A DNA stretch of 64,000 nt, from assembly GCA_047611905.1 (NCBI GenBank), contig JBLFWZ010000001.1:15455-79454 (forward strand). The letters are read 5' to 3'. This document shows, piece after piece, positions 1 through 10,672 of this stretch. Origin of the DNA: Gammaproteobacteria bacterium. Lineage in GTDB: Bacteria; Pseudomonadota; Gammaproteobacteria; Ga0077536. How positions within the stretch are numbered: the stretch's first letter is position 1; every line of letters begins with the position of its first letter. The notes under the pieces were generated by a model. The model had not been told where the DNA came from and did not search any database. It saw nothing but the letters and a program-made list of their open reading frames with translations. The translations under genes and the position numbers were made by a program.

Positions 1-26
1 ACTGTGACGCAACGGCTTTCGCGAAT

Positions 27-512
27 CTATAAATACCCGAGCGCTTCTTTAACGCGTTCGCTATGATTAATTTCCTCTTTACCGTTCTGTCGTAGCCAGC
101 CGGCACATTCTTCGTCGCTAACACTACTCGCCCATGTTTCGTAGAGGTTGTCGCCGCTAACTTCTGCCTCTATCAAGAAGTTCAAAAAATCCTTGTCGAC
201 AACGATGCCTTCCGGTTGGACGTAGTAGGGGTTTTCCGCAGGACTCGGAACAGTAAATGTGTCACCACTTAATTTTTCAATGACCTTTTTTAAGCGGTGG
301 GCGTGAGCGCGTTCTTCACGTCCATTCTTGTTGAGCAAGTCTTTGATTTTTTGATTGGATGTTCCGTTCGCTATGCCCGCGTAGAATGCTTCGCCGCCAG
401 TTTCCACGTACGCCATTAACTTGAAATCGTTGACGCTCGGCGCGCTCACCCCGCCCAGGTATTGGAACGCGGCTTCGAAATCTGCAGGCATATTTTCGGG
501 TTGGCTGGCCAT
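27..512 (-). CDS. ferritin-like (rubrerythrin/DUF-type) domain protein
   Basis: ORF 27..581 trimmed to ATG at 512 (MASQPEN...), GGAGAG RBS 8 nt upstream; ferritin-like helical composition with E/H-rich motifs (ERAHAHRL). Family call tentative. Confidence 0.45.
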   Translation of the reverse strand: MASQPENMPADFEAAFQYLGGVSAPSVNDFKLMAYVETGGEAFYAGIANGTSNQKIKDLLNKNGREERAHAHRLKKVIEKLSGDTFTVPSPAENPYYVQPEGIVVDKDFLNFLIEAEVSGDNLYETWASSVSDEECAGWLRQNGKEEINHSERVKEALGYL

Positions 513-925
513 GTTAGTGTCTCTCCATTTCATTGGTAAGGGTTGGATTCGCGAGCTAGGTTGGTGTGCCCAGCATCGCATTTTTGTGTGTAGGGCTTAG
601 GCCCATACAACTGGTCATTTTAGCTTGAAAAGCGCTCGAGTGGTTGCCGCTAGGGGGCAATTGTCCGATTTCAATTGGTCGGTCTAAGGCCAGAAAATTT
701 GGCGAATTCCACTAAGAAATTCGCCAAACGCTCCAATTATCTCAATGCATTCGGCGCGCGGCCAGTGCTAAGGCCGAGGCGAGAGGTGATGTGAACCGAC
801 GTCAGGTACAGGTTTTTGTTGTCGTTGCCAGAATTAGGCTTGGACGCAACAGCGGTGCAACCGACCGCGGCTTATTAGGATTTAAGAATCGCCTTTACAA
901 TGACGATTCTTAAACCCGGTCGAGT

Positions 926-2656
926 TTACGCAGCGGCTTTCCGTTTGGGTCGTTCTTTGCCGCGTCCGTGGCGGAGCAACTCTCCAGAAAAGACGTCTGT
1001 TTGCTGGTCGTCTTTAATCGTGACTTCGCCATTAATCATAATGTAGCGGTAGCCTTTGGCTTTTTGCACTCGGCGCCATTCGTCGCCAGGCATGTCGTAG
1101 ACGACTTCTGGCGGAGTGATTTCAAGATTCTCGAAGTCGTAAACTAATATGTCGGCCGGCGCGCCGATTTTGATTACACCACGATCGGGACAACCAGCAA
1201 CTTGTGCTGGCAAGGCCGATAAGCGCCAGTGGGCATCTTCCAACGTAAGCATTTCGTGTTCACGCACGCATTTAATTAAGGCCTCGGTGGGATAGCGGCC
1301 AGCAGTAAGGAATTTCGTATGCGCGCCGCCGTCGGACACGCCGAATAAAACGTACGGGTTGTTGACGATTTCTTTCAGTAAATCAATGCGCGTGTTCGGT
1401 GGCAGTGAGAAGAATTCAGTTTCTAGGTTGTCCTCGACCACGATGTCGAGCATCGCATCCACTACGTGTTTGCCGGTCTTCTCAGCGACCAGACCAACCG
1501 TGTGGTCTAACCATTGTTGGGTTCCTGGTGTTGCTGGCTTCGTGATCACGATTTCGGCAAACGGTCCGACGACAAAGGCTGGAACTTGTTGGCGAAGCAG
1601 TTTGCGACGTTCTGGATCGGCTAGTTTTGCGAGTCTTTCTTCTCTCGTGCCGATTGTCGCTTCACGCCAAGCGGGCATTTCATCGAACAGATTCCAATCT
1701 TCAAACGTAAATGTGAAGCCAGCATCCGTCGTGACCCCTTGGCCGTATACGCGGATCCCGTCTTGACGACATCGATCCAGCCAGTCCAATACTTTTCGAT
1801 GGACATGCGGCAAACCGTCTTGTGCTTGTACAACATTGAAGATCATGGGTCGGCCACTCACTTTGGCGAGTTCGGCGAGATGCGCCTGATCGGCTTTCGG
1901 ATTACCGGTGACCATCGTGCACTGCATGTGACCTGCGTTGCGATCGCGTAATACTTTGGCGAACTCCAATGCGGTGTCGTTGTGCATCACGTCGGTGGGC
2001 ATCGCAGTGCCGTCGTAATCGAGTTGCGCTGCGCCTGGGCCGGAAGGCGGTAGCCGCTGCATCGACCAACCACAACCACCTGCGTCCATCGATTCGTGTA
2101 AGACTCGGCACATCTCCGTGTGTTCGGCGTCGGTCGGCAAGCGACCCGCTTTCGCGTCTTCTAAACCCATCACTGAGATCATCAATGGGCTGATCGGTAC
2201 ATAGGGCACGATGTTCATCGCCTTCGGCGCCCGGTCTACGCTATCGAGAAATTCTGGGAACGTTTCCCAATCCCATGGCATGCCTTCTTGCATCGATGCT
2301 AAGGGGATCGCTTCGACCCGCGTCATGGTGAGCATGGCGCGTTCGCGAGATTCTGGCGCAACTGGCGCAAAACCAAAGCCACAATTACCAATAACGACCG
2401 TGGTAATGCCGTGCCAGCTAGAAATGCTGCAGTACGGATCCCAAAAAAGCTGGGCGTCGTAATGCGTGTGGAGATCGACGAAACCGGGTGCGACGATCAT
2501 GCCTTCAGCATCGAGCACCTCGTCGGCGCGTTTCGCGTCGATATAGCCAATTTCCGCAATCACGCCGTCTTTTATGGCGATATCGCCGCGATAACGTGGT
2601 GTGCGTGAACCGTCAATCACCATACCGCCTTTGATCAATTTGTCGAATTCAGCCAT
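926..2656 (-). CDS. N-acyl-D-amino-acid deacylase (D-aminoacylase) family amidohydrolase
   Basis: 576 aa; N-terminus MAEFDKLIKGGMVIDGSRTP...APGFVDLHTHYD matches D-aminoacylase/amidohydrolase-3 metal-binding HxH start; length typical. Confidence 0.8.
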   Translation of the reverse strand: MAEFDKLIKGGMVIDGSRTPRYRGDIAIKDGVIAEIGYIDAKRADEVLDAEGMIVAPGFVDLHTHYDAQLFWDPYCSISSWHGITTVVIGNCGFGFAPVAPESRERAMLTMTRVEAIPLASMQEGMPWDWETFPEFLDSVDRAPKAMNIVPYVPISPLMISVMGLEDAKAGRLPTDAEHTEMCRVLHESMDAGGCGWSMQRLPPSGPGAAQLDYDGTAMPTDVMHNDTALEFAKVLRDRNAGHMQCTMVTGNPKADQAHLAELAKVSGRPMIFNVVQAQDGLPHVHRKVLDWLDRCRQDGIRVYGQGVTTDAGFTFTFEDWNLFDEMPAWREATIGTREERLAKLADPERRKLLRQQVPAFVVGPFAEIVITKPATPGTQQWLDHTVGLVAEKTGKHVVDAMLDIVVEDNLETEFFSLPPNTRIDLLKEIVNNPYVLFGVSDGGAHTKFLTAGRYPTEALIKCVREHEMLTLEDAHWRLSALPAQVAGCPDRGVIKIGAPADILVYDFENLEITPPEVVYDMPGDEWRRVQKAKGYRYIMINGEVTIKDDQQTDVFSGELLRHGRGKERPKRKAAA

Positions 2657-2868
2657 TGGGCGCTCCTGATACCTTTGGGTATTAATTGTTACTGGTCAGT
2701 ATTATCGCATACAACTCTGGCCAAGCAAGCTGTCGATTCGGGGATTGGGAGCGAAATCCATGCGAACAGCAGTAAGCGTGACTCTTCGAGTTTGCGCCCA
2801 GACTGGGGTGGGTGGATTACGGCAGTGGGTCAAAATTATCGCGAAGATGAAGCGTCTCTGAGCCGAGC

Positions 2869-3489
2869 CTATTGTTGGGCGCTTGCCACGCCAAGCGTGG
2901 CAACGCTTTGATAGCCGACAATTCGCAGCGCCTGTTCCGAGAAATAAGCGGCGATTTCGTCAACTTCGAATTCGCCGTCAGGTCGATACCATCGCGGTAT
3001 CCACTGAGCCAGACCAATTAACGCGAATGCCGCGAGGCGCGGATTATCCACATTAAATTCGCCGCTTTTAACCCCGCTTTCAATTAGGTCGGTCAAACGA
3101 AGATTAAATATCTTATGTAGATTGCGATTCTCTTCCTGTGTTTCTGGAGCGAAATGATGCTGCTCTTGCCAGAAGATCATCGCGATCATCCGAAACTCAA
3201 TGTTCTCTCGCACCCAGGCACTAACAAAACTTCGTAGACGGGCCGGCGCTTTGGTTTCGCGCTGGTAGGTGAGACTAAGGAGATCGATGGTTCGCCGAAT
3301 TTCTTGCTCAACCACGGCGGCGAGAATTTCATGCTTGCTAGCAAAAAACTGGTAAATAAATGGTTTGTTTACTTCGAGCTTGTCCGCGACTGCGTCCAAA
3401 GTTGTACCGACGAAACCGCGTTCGTAAAACAACTCGCTCGCGACTTCGACGAGACGAGCACGTTTATATTTGTTTAATTCGTCTTTCAT
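2869..3489 (-). CDS. TetR/AcrR family transcriptional regulator
   Basis: N-terminal HTH (RARLVEVASELFYERGFVGTTLDAVADKLEVNKPFIYQFF) typical of TetR; 206 aa. Confidence 0.8.
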   Translation of the reverse strand: MKDELNKYKRARLVEVASELFYERGFVGTTLDAVADKLEVNKPFIYQFFASKHEILAAVVEQEIRRTIDLLSLTYQRETKAPARLRSFVSAWVRENIEFRMIAMIFWQEQHHFAPETQEENRNLHKIFNLRLTDLIESGVKSGEFNVDNPRLAAFALIGLAQWIPRWYRPDGEFEVDEIAAYFSEQALRIVGYQSVATLGVASAQQ

Positions 3490-3607
3490 AGGCCCGGTAT
3501 TATTCTTATATTTGCGCCATTGTTAACTTTCGACGTTGGCGGATACAGGAATCATCTCCCAAGATGACAATGCATGCTCACATGGAGTTCGAAGTAGCGA
3601 CAAAGTT

Positions 3608-4510
3608 TTACGAGTTTGTACCAAACGGAACCGGCATCTCGTCACTACTTGTATCGACGAGGGGTAGCACTTCGCCTGCAGGCCATCGTGCGTGGCCTGC
3701 GACCCAATCAAGCATCCATTTCGGATCGTCTTCGCAGCGCGGGTTGTGCCACGGAAGCAGGGAGCGCAAAAGATACGGCCCCACATTGAACAGCAACGCA
3801 GAAATTTCGCGAACGAGTCCAATGACATTGCGCGGTTTGCGCAGCGCGCGATCTTTTTTCAAGGCTGTCCACATGCCGATCAATCCCCATCCCACTAAGT
3901 GGAAGGATCCGTGAAATACGCCGATCGCCCGCGGCAAATATTTGCCGCTGTAAGCCATGTAAGCGTCAAACGCGACTGTTTTGTGTTCCGTTTCTTCGAC
4001 CATATGCATCAACCAGAAAGAGGTGATGTGCGGTGAGGCGTTATGAAAAAGTTTGTACCGTTTATTAATCAACCAATTCGTAATGCCATTCGTCATGGTT
4101 TCGAACCCGGCGTTGTAGGCAAGCTGAGTACGCAAACTCGTTTTCGACAAACGATCAAAGGACGCGGCCATACGGTTCTCGACGTCGGCAAGTTCCGGAT
4201 AGCCGTTGGACTTTAATAGTTCATTGAGTCGACGATGACACTGATAGTGGCGCGCTTCTTGACCATTGAAACCGCGCATGTCGCTCAGCAGTTCGGGCTC
4301 GTCAATGAATGACATCGCCTTTTGAGTACTCTTTATTAGGTAGGGCTCGAGATAAGGCATCGTCAACGACAAGCCATTGAACAGGTGCGAACGAACCGGG
4401 TTATCGGGTACCCATAAAGGATCGAGATCGTCTGGGAATTCAAACGCGAATGCGCGAATGACTATCTCATCGGCTTGTTTCGGCACGTACTTGTAATTTG
4501 GCTGTGACAT
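3608..4510 (-). CDS. predicted metal-dependent hydrolase (PF10118-like)
   Basis: 300 aa; H/E-rich motifs (HMVEETEHKTVAFD, HYQCHRRL); sits downstream of a TetR regulator as this family often does. Family assignment by recollection only. Confidence 0.5.
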   Translation of the reverse strand: MSQPNYKYVPKQADEIVIRAFAFEFPDDLDPLWVPDNPVRSHLFNGLSLTMPYLEPYLIKSTQKAMSFIDEPELLSDMRGFNGQEARHYQCHRRLNELLKSNGYPELADVENRMAASFDRLSKTSLRTQLAYNAGFETMTNGITNWLINKRYKLFHNASPHITSFWLMHMVEETEHKTVAFDAYMAYSGKYLPRAIGVFHGSFHLVGWGLIGMWTALKKDRALRKPRNVIGLVREISALLFNVGPYLLRSLLPWHNPRCEDDPKWMLDWVAGHARWPAGEVLPLVDTSSDEMPVPFGTNS

Positions 4511-4956
4511 AGGTGACGCCTATTTCCCCAGCGATATCGTTAATGAGAATATTGTCATTATGAGTATGGCACAGAACCCGGATAATTGGTCATGCCGGGT
4601 CACGCACTGTGGGGTCGATGATCTAGGGGGTGTAGGCAGGGTTGTCTGCCGGGATTTCAGAATAATCGGGCGTCGTGTCCTCTGTCAGACGCGCTTGTAA
4701 TGATTGATGGTTTCTTGTCGCGATGGGATAGTCAGTCCGATATTCGTTACCCGACAGCGCGTTTCTTGATGCGCCGGATGTCGGATCTTTGCGCTATTGA
4801 GATTGTGCTGACTCGCCGCTCGCTCGAGCACCACAAATCCGAAACCTGAGGCCGAAGTATCAGTGTTGGTTCTATTAGTAGGGGTTGCGATTCAACGCGA
4901 AAGGGAACAGGTGTCCAGCTCGCTTGCCAGACACCTGTCGGTTCGGATTGCGCCGA

Positions 4957-5607
4957 CTATTTCTGCTGCGCTTGAAACGCAGCCATCGCGACTTGCATCG
5001 CGGCATCGACAGATTTCGTGGTCTCGCGCGAAGCGACTTTTTCTAGGCTTGCACCAAGGCCCGGGACTTCTGCGACGATGTCCCATTGGTAGGTGGCTTG
5101 GCACAGCATGTTAGCTAAACCAAACGTGTAGTAGCCGAAGATGTCTGCGTAGGTCAGTTTGTCACCGGCAAAATGCGGATCGAAACTCGCAAGACCTTTG
5201 AGCGCATCTAAGCCCTGTTCGATCAGCGGGCGTACTTCGGTCACCGCTGCTTCGTTGCTGGGTGCACCAAAAAATACGGTCCCCAGGTGGCGTCGGGCTG
5301 CCAATTCGATGTACAGCTCGAGCACTTTGTTCATTTCGCGTACTTTAGCGCGCGCATACGTATCAGTCGGAAACAAGGGATTCTGCGGATGGCTTTCTTC
5401 TAGAAAATCCATTATCGCACTCGATTCGGCCAGAAAGCCGTCTTTCGTTTCTATGCACGGCACTTTACCCATCGGGCTTTTCGAAAGGTAGCCGGCCTCT
5501 TGTGACGGTGGATTTGCGACTTCTTCAAACTCGATGCCTTTCTCGAGCATGCAGAGTTTAATGGTGTTGTAGTAATTGCTCAGGGGAAACCCATATAACT
5601 TAATCAC
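4957..5607 (-). CDS. glutathione S-transferase
   Basis: ORF 4957..5715 trimmed to GTG at 5607 (VIKLYGFPLSNYYN...) with AAAGAGGAG RBS; GST N-terminal thioredoxin-like motif and C-terminal helical domain. Confidence 0.7.
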   Translation of the reverse strand: MIKLYGFPLSNYYNTIKLCMLEKGIEFEEVANPPSQEAGYLSKSPMGKVPCIETKDGFLAESSAIMDFLEESHPQNPLFPTDTYARAKVREMNKVLELYIELAARRHLGTVFFGAPSNEAAVTEVRPLIEQGLDALKGLASFDPHFAGDKLTYADIFGYYTFGLANMLCQATYQWDIVAEVPGLGASLEKVASRETTKSVDAAMQVAMAAFQAQQK

Positions 5608-5840
5608 TATCTTATTCTCCTCTTTGGAATTCTCATGCCGCTGGGGCAGGGCGTTTGGATGAAGCGCGAGGGTACCGCGCTGCACTGACCTCGTATATGT
5701 CCGATCGCGGCCCATTATTGTCCAATCGTATTCACCGTGTTGAAACTACTGAGTGGTTGTCGCTAGGCATTGGGCAGTTTGGTGGAATCGCATTAAATTG
5801 CAGATTGCTTCGGCGTCTGTGGGCGCGCCGCAGCGCCGCG

Positions 5841-5869
5841 TTGACATTAGGCGAGCGATTCCTTAAGTT
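5841..5869 (+). promoter_or_regulatory. putative sigma70 promoter for riboswitch-btuB transcript
   Basis: TTGACA at 5841-5846, 17-nt spacer, TAAGTT -10-like at 5864-5869, just upstream of riboswitch start. Weak -10. Confidence 0.3.
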
Positions 5870-5885
5870 GCCGCCCTCATTAAAC

Positions 5886-6083
5886 GAGTTGGTTCCCTAG
5901 CGTCTATCGACAATAGGGTGAAACGGGAAGTCGGTGAATTCGCCAAGCGATTAAAACCCGCTAGCAATAATTCCGACACTGCCCCCGCAACGGTAAGTGA
6001 GCCGCTAAATCAATCAGCCACTGTGCATGCATGGGAAGGCGATTTGGCATCGACAAATGCTCACGAGTCCGGAGACCGGCCCA
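5886..6083 (+). promoter_or_regulatory. cobalamin (AdoCbl) riboswitch
   Basis: Hallmark conserved segments read directly: AATAGGGTGAAACGGGAAG, GGTGAATTCGCC, CCGACACTGCCCCCGCAACGGTAAGTGAGCC, GCCACTG and B12-box-like GAGTCCGGAGACCGGCC; located in 5' leader of a TonB-dependent btuB. Confidence 0.85.
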
Positions 6084-6096
6084 CTCGCTTTTTTCC
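6064..6096 (+). terminator. riboswitch expression-platform intrinsic terminator
   Basis: Hairpin CGAGTCCGG-AGA-CCGGCCCACTCG (includes the B12 box) followed by CTTTTTTCC; about 110 nt before the btuB start codon. Confidence 0.55.
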
Positions 6097-6202
6097 GATG
6101 ATTCGCGGGGCGCGAAATTACCGGTCGTCTACTATTGTGGCGATCTCCCCCTGTGAATCGAACCCGATGATCGCCCGCGGGTGTGCGGCGAAGGGGAGTA
6201 TT

Positions 6203-8008
6203 GTGTTAATTCAAACCGTCCTGTTGTCGGCGCTTGCCGCCGTTTTATCCGTTGCTGTTTTGGCCGCCGAGTACGAGGATGAAGTTCTCGTCACCGCAAC
6301 CCGCCAACCACTTGCACTGAAAGACGCATTGCCATCTTCGCAAGTGTTTACGCAAGACGATATCGAAAGGCTCCAGCCGAAAGATTTACCCAGCCTGCTC
6401 GGGCGCATGAGTGGCGTCAGTTACCGTGCCTCAGGTGGCCGGGGGTCCGTGAGTGGCGTGTTCATTCGTGGCGCATCGACGTCGCAATCGATTATTTTGG
6501 TCGACGGCGTGCGAACGAGTAGTGCCACGATTGGTGCCACGGCGCTGGAAGGCATTCCTCTTGAGTCAATCGAGCGTATCGAGTTAGTCAAAGGACCATT
6601 GTCTGGCTTGTACGGCGCAGATGCGATCGGTGGGGTCATCCAGATATTCACCAAGCAAGGTAAGCAGCAGCGCCTCACCCCAGAAATTCATGCGAGTTAT
6701 CGCACGGACGATACACAAGAATACTCAATCGAAGCTGGTGCGGGTAACGAGCGCGGTAGGGTTCATGCGACTTTTGCTTTCGAGAATTCTCAAGGCATCG
6801 ACCACACGTCGATCAAGACAGAAGGTAATGCGGATCGCGATGGCTTTGATGAGTTTGCCCTGAATGTGTCTGCAAGCTATCGAATCCTCGATGAACTTAA
6901 CGCTCAAGTTAATTTCCTGCGTACTGACGCCTACAGCGAGTTCGATAACCTATTCGGAGACGGCACGGGTTTCGATGCCGATACTCAGGTCGAGACTAAC
7001 GCCTTGAAGCTCACCTACACGCCGAGCGAAAAATTGCGTTTGAGTTTCGGCGCAAGTCATTTCGTCGATGAGGCCGTGACACCGGCATTTTTTTCCGATA
7101 TTACCACTCGTCGGACGACTTACAATCTGCAAATCGATTACCAAGTTCACGATAAGCATTCAATTACCCTCGGAGCAGAATACTACGACGACAAGGTCGA
7201 TACCTTGGATAATTTCGTCGAAACCTCGCGAGATAACATCGGTGGTTTCTTCCTGTGGCAGCGACGTTATGGAAAATTATCGGCCGTTGGCAGCGTGCGC
7301 TACGACGACAATGAAGCCTATGGCGATGAGACAAACGGTAGTGTCGCACTGAAGTATGACGTTTTTGAAAGTTTAGCCGCAGTGGTTAGTTACGGCACCG
7401 CGTTTCGCGCGCCGAGCTTTAACGAATTGTTTTTTCCTGGTTTTGGCAACGTGAATGTCAGGCCGGAAGAATCGGAATCGTTAGAAGTTAGTCTGAAAGG
7501 TAACCACAGGGATGTTCATTGGCGGATCAGCGGGTACTACACGGACGTGAAAGATCTGATCGGATTCGATTTTGCGACGTTCACGGCAAACAACACATCT
7601 GAGGCGACCTTGAAAGGGGTCGAAGCGGAAGTGTCCTATTCCTACGCCGACTGGTTTTTTAGCGCGAATATGAACTATTTGAATGCACGAGACGATCGAC
7701 TTGATGTGTTCCTGGACGACCGCGCCGAATTTACAACCAACGTCGACGTTGGTTGTAAATTCGGTCGGCTGGATCTCTCTATGGACCTGCAAGCAGAAAG
7801 TGGACGCCACGACCGAAGTGGTACCGAGATCGATGGATTCGTTGTTCTAGGAACCGGCATCAACTATCGTTTTAGCGAGCGGTTTCGTATCGCCGCACGC
7901 CTCGACAATATTTTCGATGAGGACTACACCTTGAACTTAGCCACAGCGCGCGATGTATTTCGCACCTATGGCCGCACCGGTCTCATCAGCCTGCACGCAG
8001 CATATTGA
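6203..8008 (+). CDS. btuB: TonB-dependent vitamin B12/corrinoid outer-membrane receptor
   Basis: ORF 5918..8008; start placed at in-frame GTG 6203 after AAGGGGAG RBS so that the riboswitch is leader; signal peptide then TonB box DEVLVTATR, plug domain (IERIELVKGPLSGLYGADAIGGVIQIFT) and beta-barrel; about 600 aa like BtuB. Confidence 0.85.
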   Translation: MLIQTVLLSALAAVLSVAVLAAEYEDEVLVTATRQPLALKDALPSSQVFTQDDIERLQPKDLPSLLGRMSGVSYRASGGRGSVSGVFIRGASTSQSIILVDGVRTSSATIGATALEGIPLESIERIELVKGPLSGLYGADAIGGVIQIFTKQGKQQRLTPEIHASYRTDDTQEYSIEAGAGNERGRVHATFAFENSQGIDHTSIKTEGNADRDGFDEFALNVSASYRILDELNAQVNFLRTDAYSEFDNLFGDGTGFDADTQVETNALKLTYTPSEKLRLSFGASHFVDEAVTPAFFSDITTRRTTYNLQIDYQVHDKHSITLGAEYYDDKVDTLDNFVETSRDNIGGFFLWQRRYGKLSAVGSVRYDDNEAYGDETNGSVALKYDVFESLAAVVSYGTAFRAPSFNELFFPGFGNVNVRPEESESLEVSLKGNHRDVHWRISGYYTDVKDLIGFDFATFTANNTSEATLKGVEAEVSYSYADWFFSANMNYLNARDDRLDVFLDDRAEFTTNVDVGCKFGRLDLSMDLQAESGRHDRSGTEIDGFVVLGTGINYRFSERFRIAARLDNIFDEDYTLNLATARDVFRTYGRTGLISLHAAY

Positions 8009-8106
8009 CCGTCCTAGTTCGGAAATAGTGAGAACCGCTGGATAATGCCCGTCGGCAAGCGAACGCGACTAAGCAGCTATTAGCTGTTCTATCGCTAGGA
8101 GTTGAA

Positions 8107-9618
8107 ATGACCGATTGTCTGATGATTCAAGGAACGACTTCAGATGCGGGCAAAACGACCTTAGTCGCTGGCCTAGGCCGTGTGCTCGCCAGACGCGGTA
8201 TCAAGGTTGCACCGTTCAAGCCACAAAATATGGCGCTCAATAGTGCCGTTGCAATCGACGGCGGAGAGATCGGGCGCGCCCAGGCGCTACAAGCCATTGC
8301 TTGTCAAACTGAACCGTTGACCGATATGAATCCGATCTTGCTCAAACCTTCCAGCGACATCGGCGCGCAAGTTATCGTGCGAGGTCGATCGATCGGCAAC
8401 ATGGACGCGCGCGCGTTTCATGAATACAAACCGCAGGCTTTGCGCGAAGCGTTGCGGGCCTACGCGAATCTGGCCAAGCGTTACGACTTCATCTTGGTTG
8501 AAGGTGCTGGAAGCCCGGCCGAGATTAATCTTCGTGACGGCGATCTCGCGAATATGGGCTTCGCCGAAGCCGTCGACTGTCCGGTGGTATTAATTGCCGA
8601 CATCGATAAAGGTGGGGTATTTGCGCATTTGGTCGGTACCTTGGCGTGCTTATCGCTGAGCGAGCGTGCACGCGTGTGCGGTTTTGTCATCAATAAATTT
8701 CGTGGTGATGAATCGCTGTTGCAACCCGGCATCGATTGGTTAGAACGTGAAACGGGTAAACCCGTCTTCGGGGTGCTGCCATACTGGCAAGGTCTATATC
8801 TGGATGGAGAAGATGCGATCGATCAAGCGCAAGAGCTGGCGAGCGATCGCGATAGGATAAAAATTGTTGTTCCGGTGTTGCCGCGCATCAGCAATCACAC
8901 AGATTTCGACACCTTGCGTCGGCATCCGCAGGCAGAAGTGTGTTTTGTCGGTCCGAACCAGCCGATTCCAGCAGCTGATCTCATTATTCTGCCTGGCAGT
9001 AAGAACGTGCGGGCGGATTTGGATTGGCTTAAGCACTATGGTTGGGAATCTGCGATTAAACGTCACTTGCGTTACGCAGGACGTGTGCTCGGGATCTGCG
9101 GAGGTTTCCAGATGTTGGGGACTCGCATCCAAGACCCGTACGGGATTGAAGGTGCTCCGGGAGAGAGTGTTGGGCTCGGTCTTCTCGACATGCAAACAGT
9201 GTTCCACGAGGAGAAAATTTTAACGCGCGTAAAGGGCAAGTTGGTGTGCCTGGCATCGCAGCCCAACGTCGACGGCTACGAAATTCATTGTGGTCGGAGC
9301 CATGGCGCGGCATTGCGTTCGCCGGCGATAATATTCGATGATGGCACGTCCGATGGAGCGGTATCCGATGACGGGCAGATTATCGGCACTTATCTTCACG
9401 GCGTTGTTGATCATAGCGATGCAAACCATGCGCTGCTTGGTTGGGCCGGGGTTAAGGATCCGACTTCGCTTGATTTGAATGAGCAGCGGGAAATGGATCT
9501 CGAGCGCATAGCACGGGATATCGAATCATTACTCGATTTAGATCGGCTGCTACCTAAACGTAGTAGCCCTGCGCATCGCGATGCAAACCATGCGCCAAAA
9601 GCCGGTACCCACTTATGA
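8107..9618 (+). CDS. cobQ: cobyric acid synthase
   Basis: 503 aa; N-terminal [37 protein letters not shown] (CobQ/CbiP ATP-binding domain) plus C-terminal glutamine amidotransferase region; AGGAG RBS. Confidence 0.9.
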   Translation: MTDCLMIQGTTSDAGKTTLVAGLGRVLARRGIKVAPFKPQNMALNSAVAIDGGEIGRAQALQAIACQTEPLTDMNPILLKPSSDIGAQVIVRGRSIGNMDARAFHEYKPQALREALRAYANLAKRYDFILVEGAGSPAEINLRDGDLANMGFAEAVDCPVVLIADIDKGGVFAHLVGTLACLSLSERARVCGFVINKFRGDESLLQPGIDWLERETGKPVFGVLPYWQGLYLDGEDAIDQAQELASDRDRIKIVVPVLPRISNHTDFDTLRRHPQAEVCFVGPNQPIPAADLIILPGSKNVRADLDWLKHYGWESAIKRHLRYAGRVLGICGGFQMLGTRIQDPYGIEGAPGESVGLGLLDMQTVFHEEKILTRVKGKLVCLASQPNVDGYEIHCGRSHGAALRSPAIIFDDGTSDGAVSDDGQIIGTYLHGVVDHSDANHALLGWAGVKDPTSLDLNEQREMDLERIARDIESLLDLDRLLPKRSSPAHRDANHAPKAGTHL

Positions 9619-9628
9619 CTAGAGCTCC

Positions 9629-10672
9629 GTGTTAGTGGCAAACGGTCGGTATAGACCGCGCAACCTCTTTATCGGCCTTGCGGTCGCCTTACCGTTCGCG
9701 TTATTAATCGCGCTGCTCAGTGGGCCGGTATTCATATCTCCGCTAGAGCTGTCAGCTATTTTTTTCGATTCTAGTTCGACTTCGCACGAACAAGAATTTC
9801 TCATCCTGTCTTCAATCCGCCTACCGCGTTTACTGCTCGGTTGTTTTATTGGTATTAATCTGGCCGTTTGCGGCGCCGCGATGCAGGGCTTGTTTCGCAA
9901 CCCCTTAGCCGATCCGTCGCTCATTGGCGTAACAAGCGGCGCTTCGGCCGGCGCCAGCTGCGTTATCGTGCTCGGCGGAGGGTGGCTTGAAACGGCGGCC
10001 GCTGGACTACCCTTGGTCGCCTGCGGCGCAAGTATTGGAGGTTTGATAGCGGTGGTGATCGTCTATCGAATAGCAACGTCGGCCTCAGGGACCGCCGTTG
10101 CCACGATGTTGCTCGCAGGTATCGCTATTAGCGCGGTCGCTGGTGCGATGAATAACCTATTTAGTTATTTCGCCGACAACGACATGCTTCGTCGCATAAG
10201 CCTGTGGCAAATGGGCAGTCTAGACGGCGCGAATTGGCACAGGGTAACGATCGCGTTCGTCGTGGCGACCGTACTCATTGCTGTGTTACCGCGCTGGTGC
10301 GCGGGGTTGAACGCACTGTTGCTCGGAGAATCGGAGGCACGCCATCTCGGCATCGACGTCGAACGATTGAAGCGCCGATTGATCGTGCTAACTGCCATAG
10401 GTGTCGGCAGCGCAGTCGCACTAGCCGGGGTAATCGCGTTTGTCGGCTTAGTTATTCCGCACGTCATTCGATTACTGGTTGGACCCGATCATCGCTACGT
10501 GATCCCGGGCTCCGCATTAGCGGGCGGTATTTTGCTGCTTCTGGCCGACAGTCTTGCGCGAGTGATCGTCTCACCTGCAGAACTACCCACCGGGATATTG
10601 ACGGCCCTACTCGGTGCGCCGGTGTTCTTCTCCTTGCTCTGGCAGCAGCGGGCCAGGGGTTCGTCGTCGTGA
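9629..10672 (+). CDS. btuC: FecCD-family ABC permease, vitamin B12 import
   Basis: 347 aa, about 9 TM helices, FecCD motifs; in operon with btuD/btuF. Confidence 0.85.
   Translation: MLVANGRYRPRNLFIGLAVALPFALLIALLSGPVFISPLELSAIFFDSSSTSHEQEFLILSSIRLPRLLLGCFIGINLAVCGAAMQGLFRNPLADPSLIGVTSGASAGASCVIVLGGGWLETAAAGLPLVACGASIGGLIAVVIVYRIATSASGTAVATMLLAGIAISAVAGAMNNLFSYFADNDMLRRISLWQMGSLDGANWHRVTIAFVVATVLIAVLPRWCAGLNALLLGESEARHLGIDVERLKRRLIVLTAIGVGSAVALAGVIAFVGLVIPHVIRLLVGPDHRYVIPGSALAGGILLLLADSLARVIVSPAELPTGILTALLGAPVFFSLLWQQRARGSSS

Noticed and set aside
1359-2608. Multiple 60-135-aa ORFs on the plus strand inside the D-aminoacylase gene, and similar antisense ORFs inside other large genes (e.g. 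6211-7863, 8481-9641, 28519-29137, 41567-42593, 43098-44063)
   Set aside because: These are shadow ORFs antisense to or out of frame with strongly supported genes. They have low-complexity Arg/Ser/Pro-rich composition and no RBS.
5918-6202. Upstream extension of btuB ORF (MKREVGEF...)
   Set aside because: This stretch is occupied by the cobalamin riboswitch and its terminator. A signal peptide and RBS appear only at the GTG at 6203.
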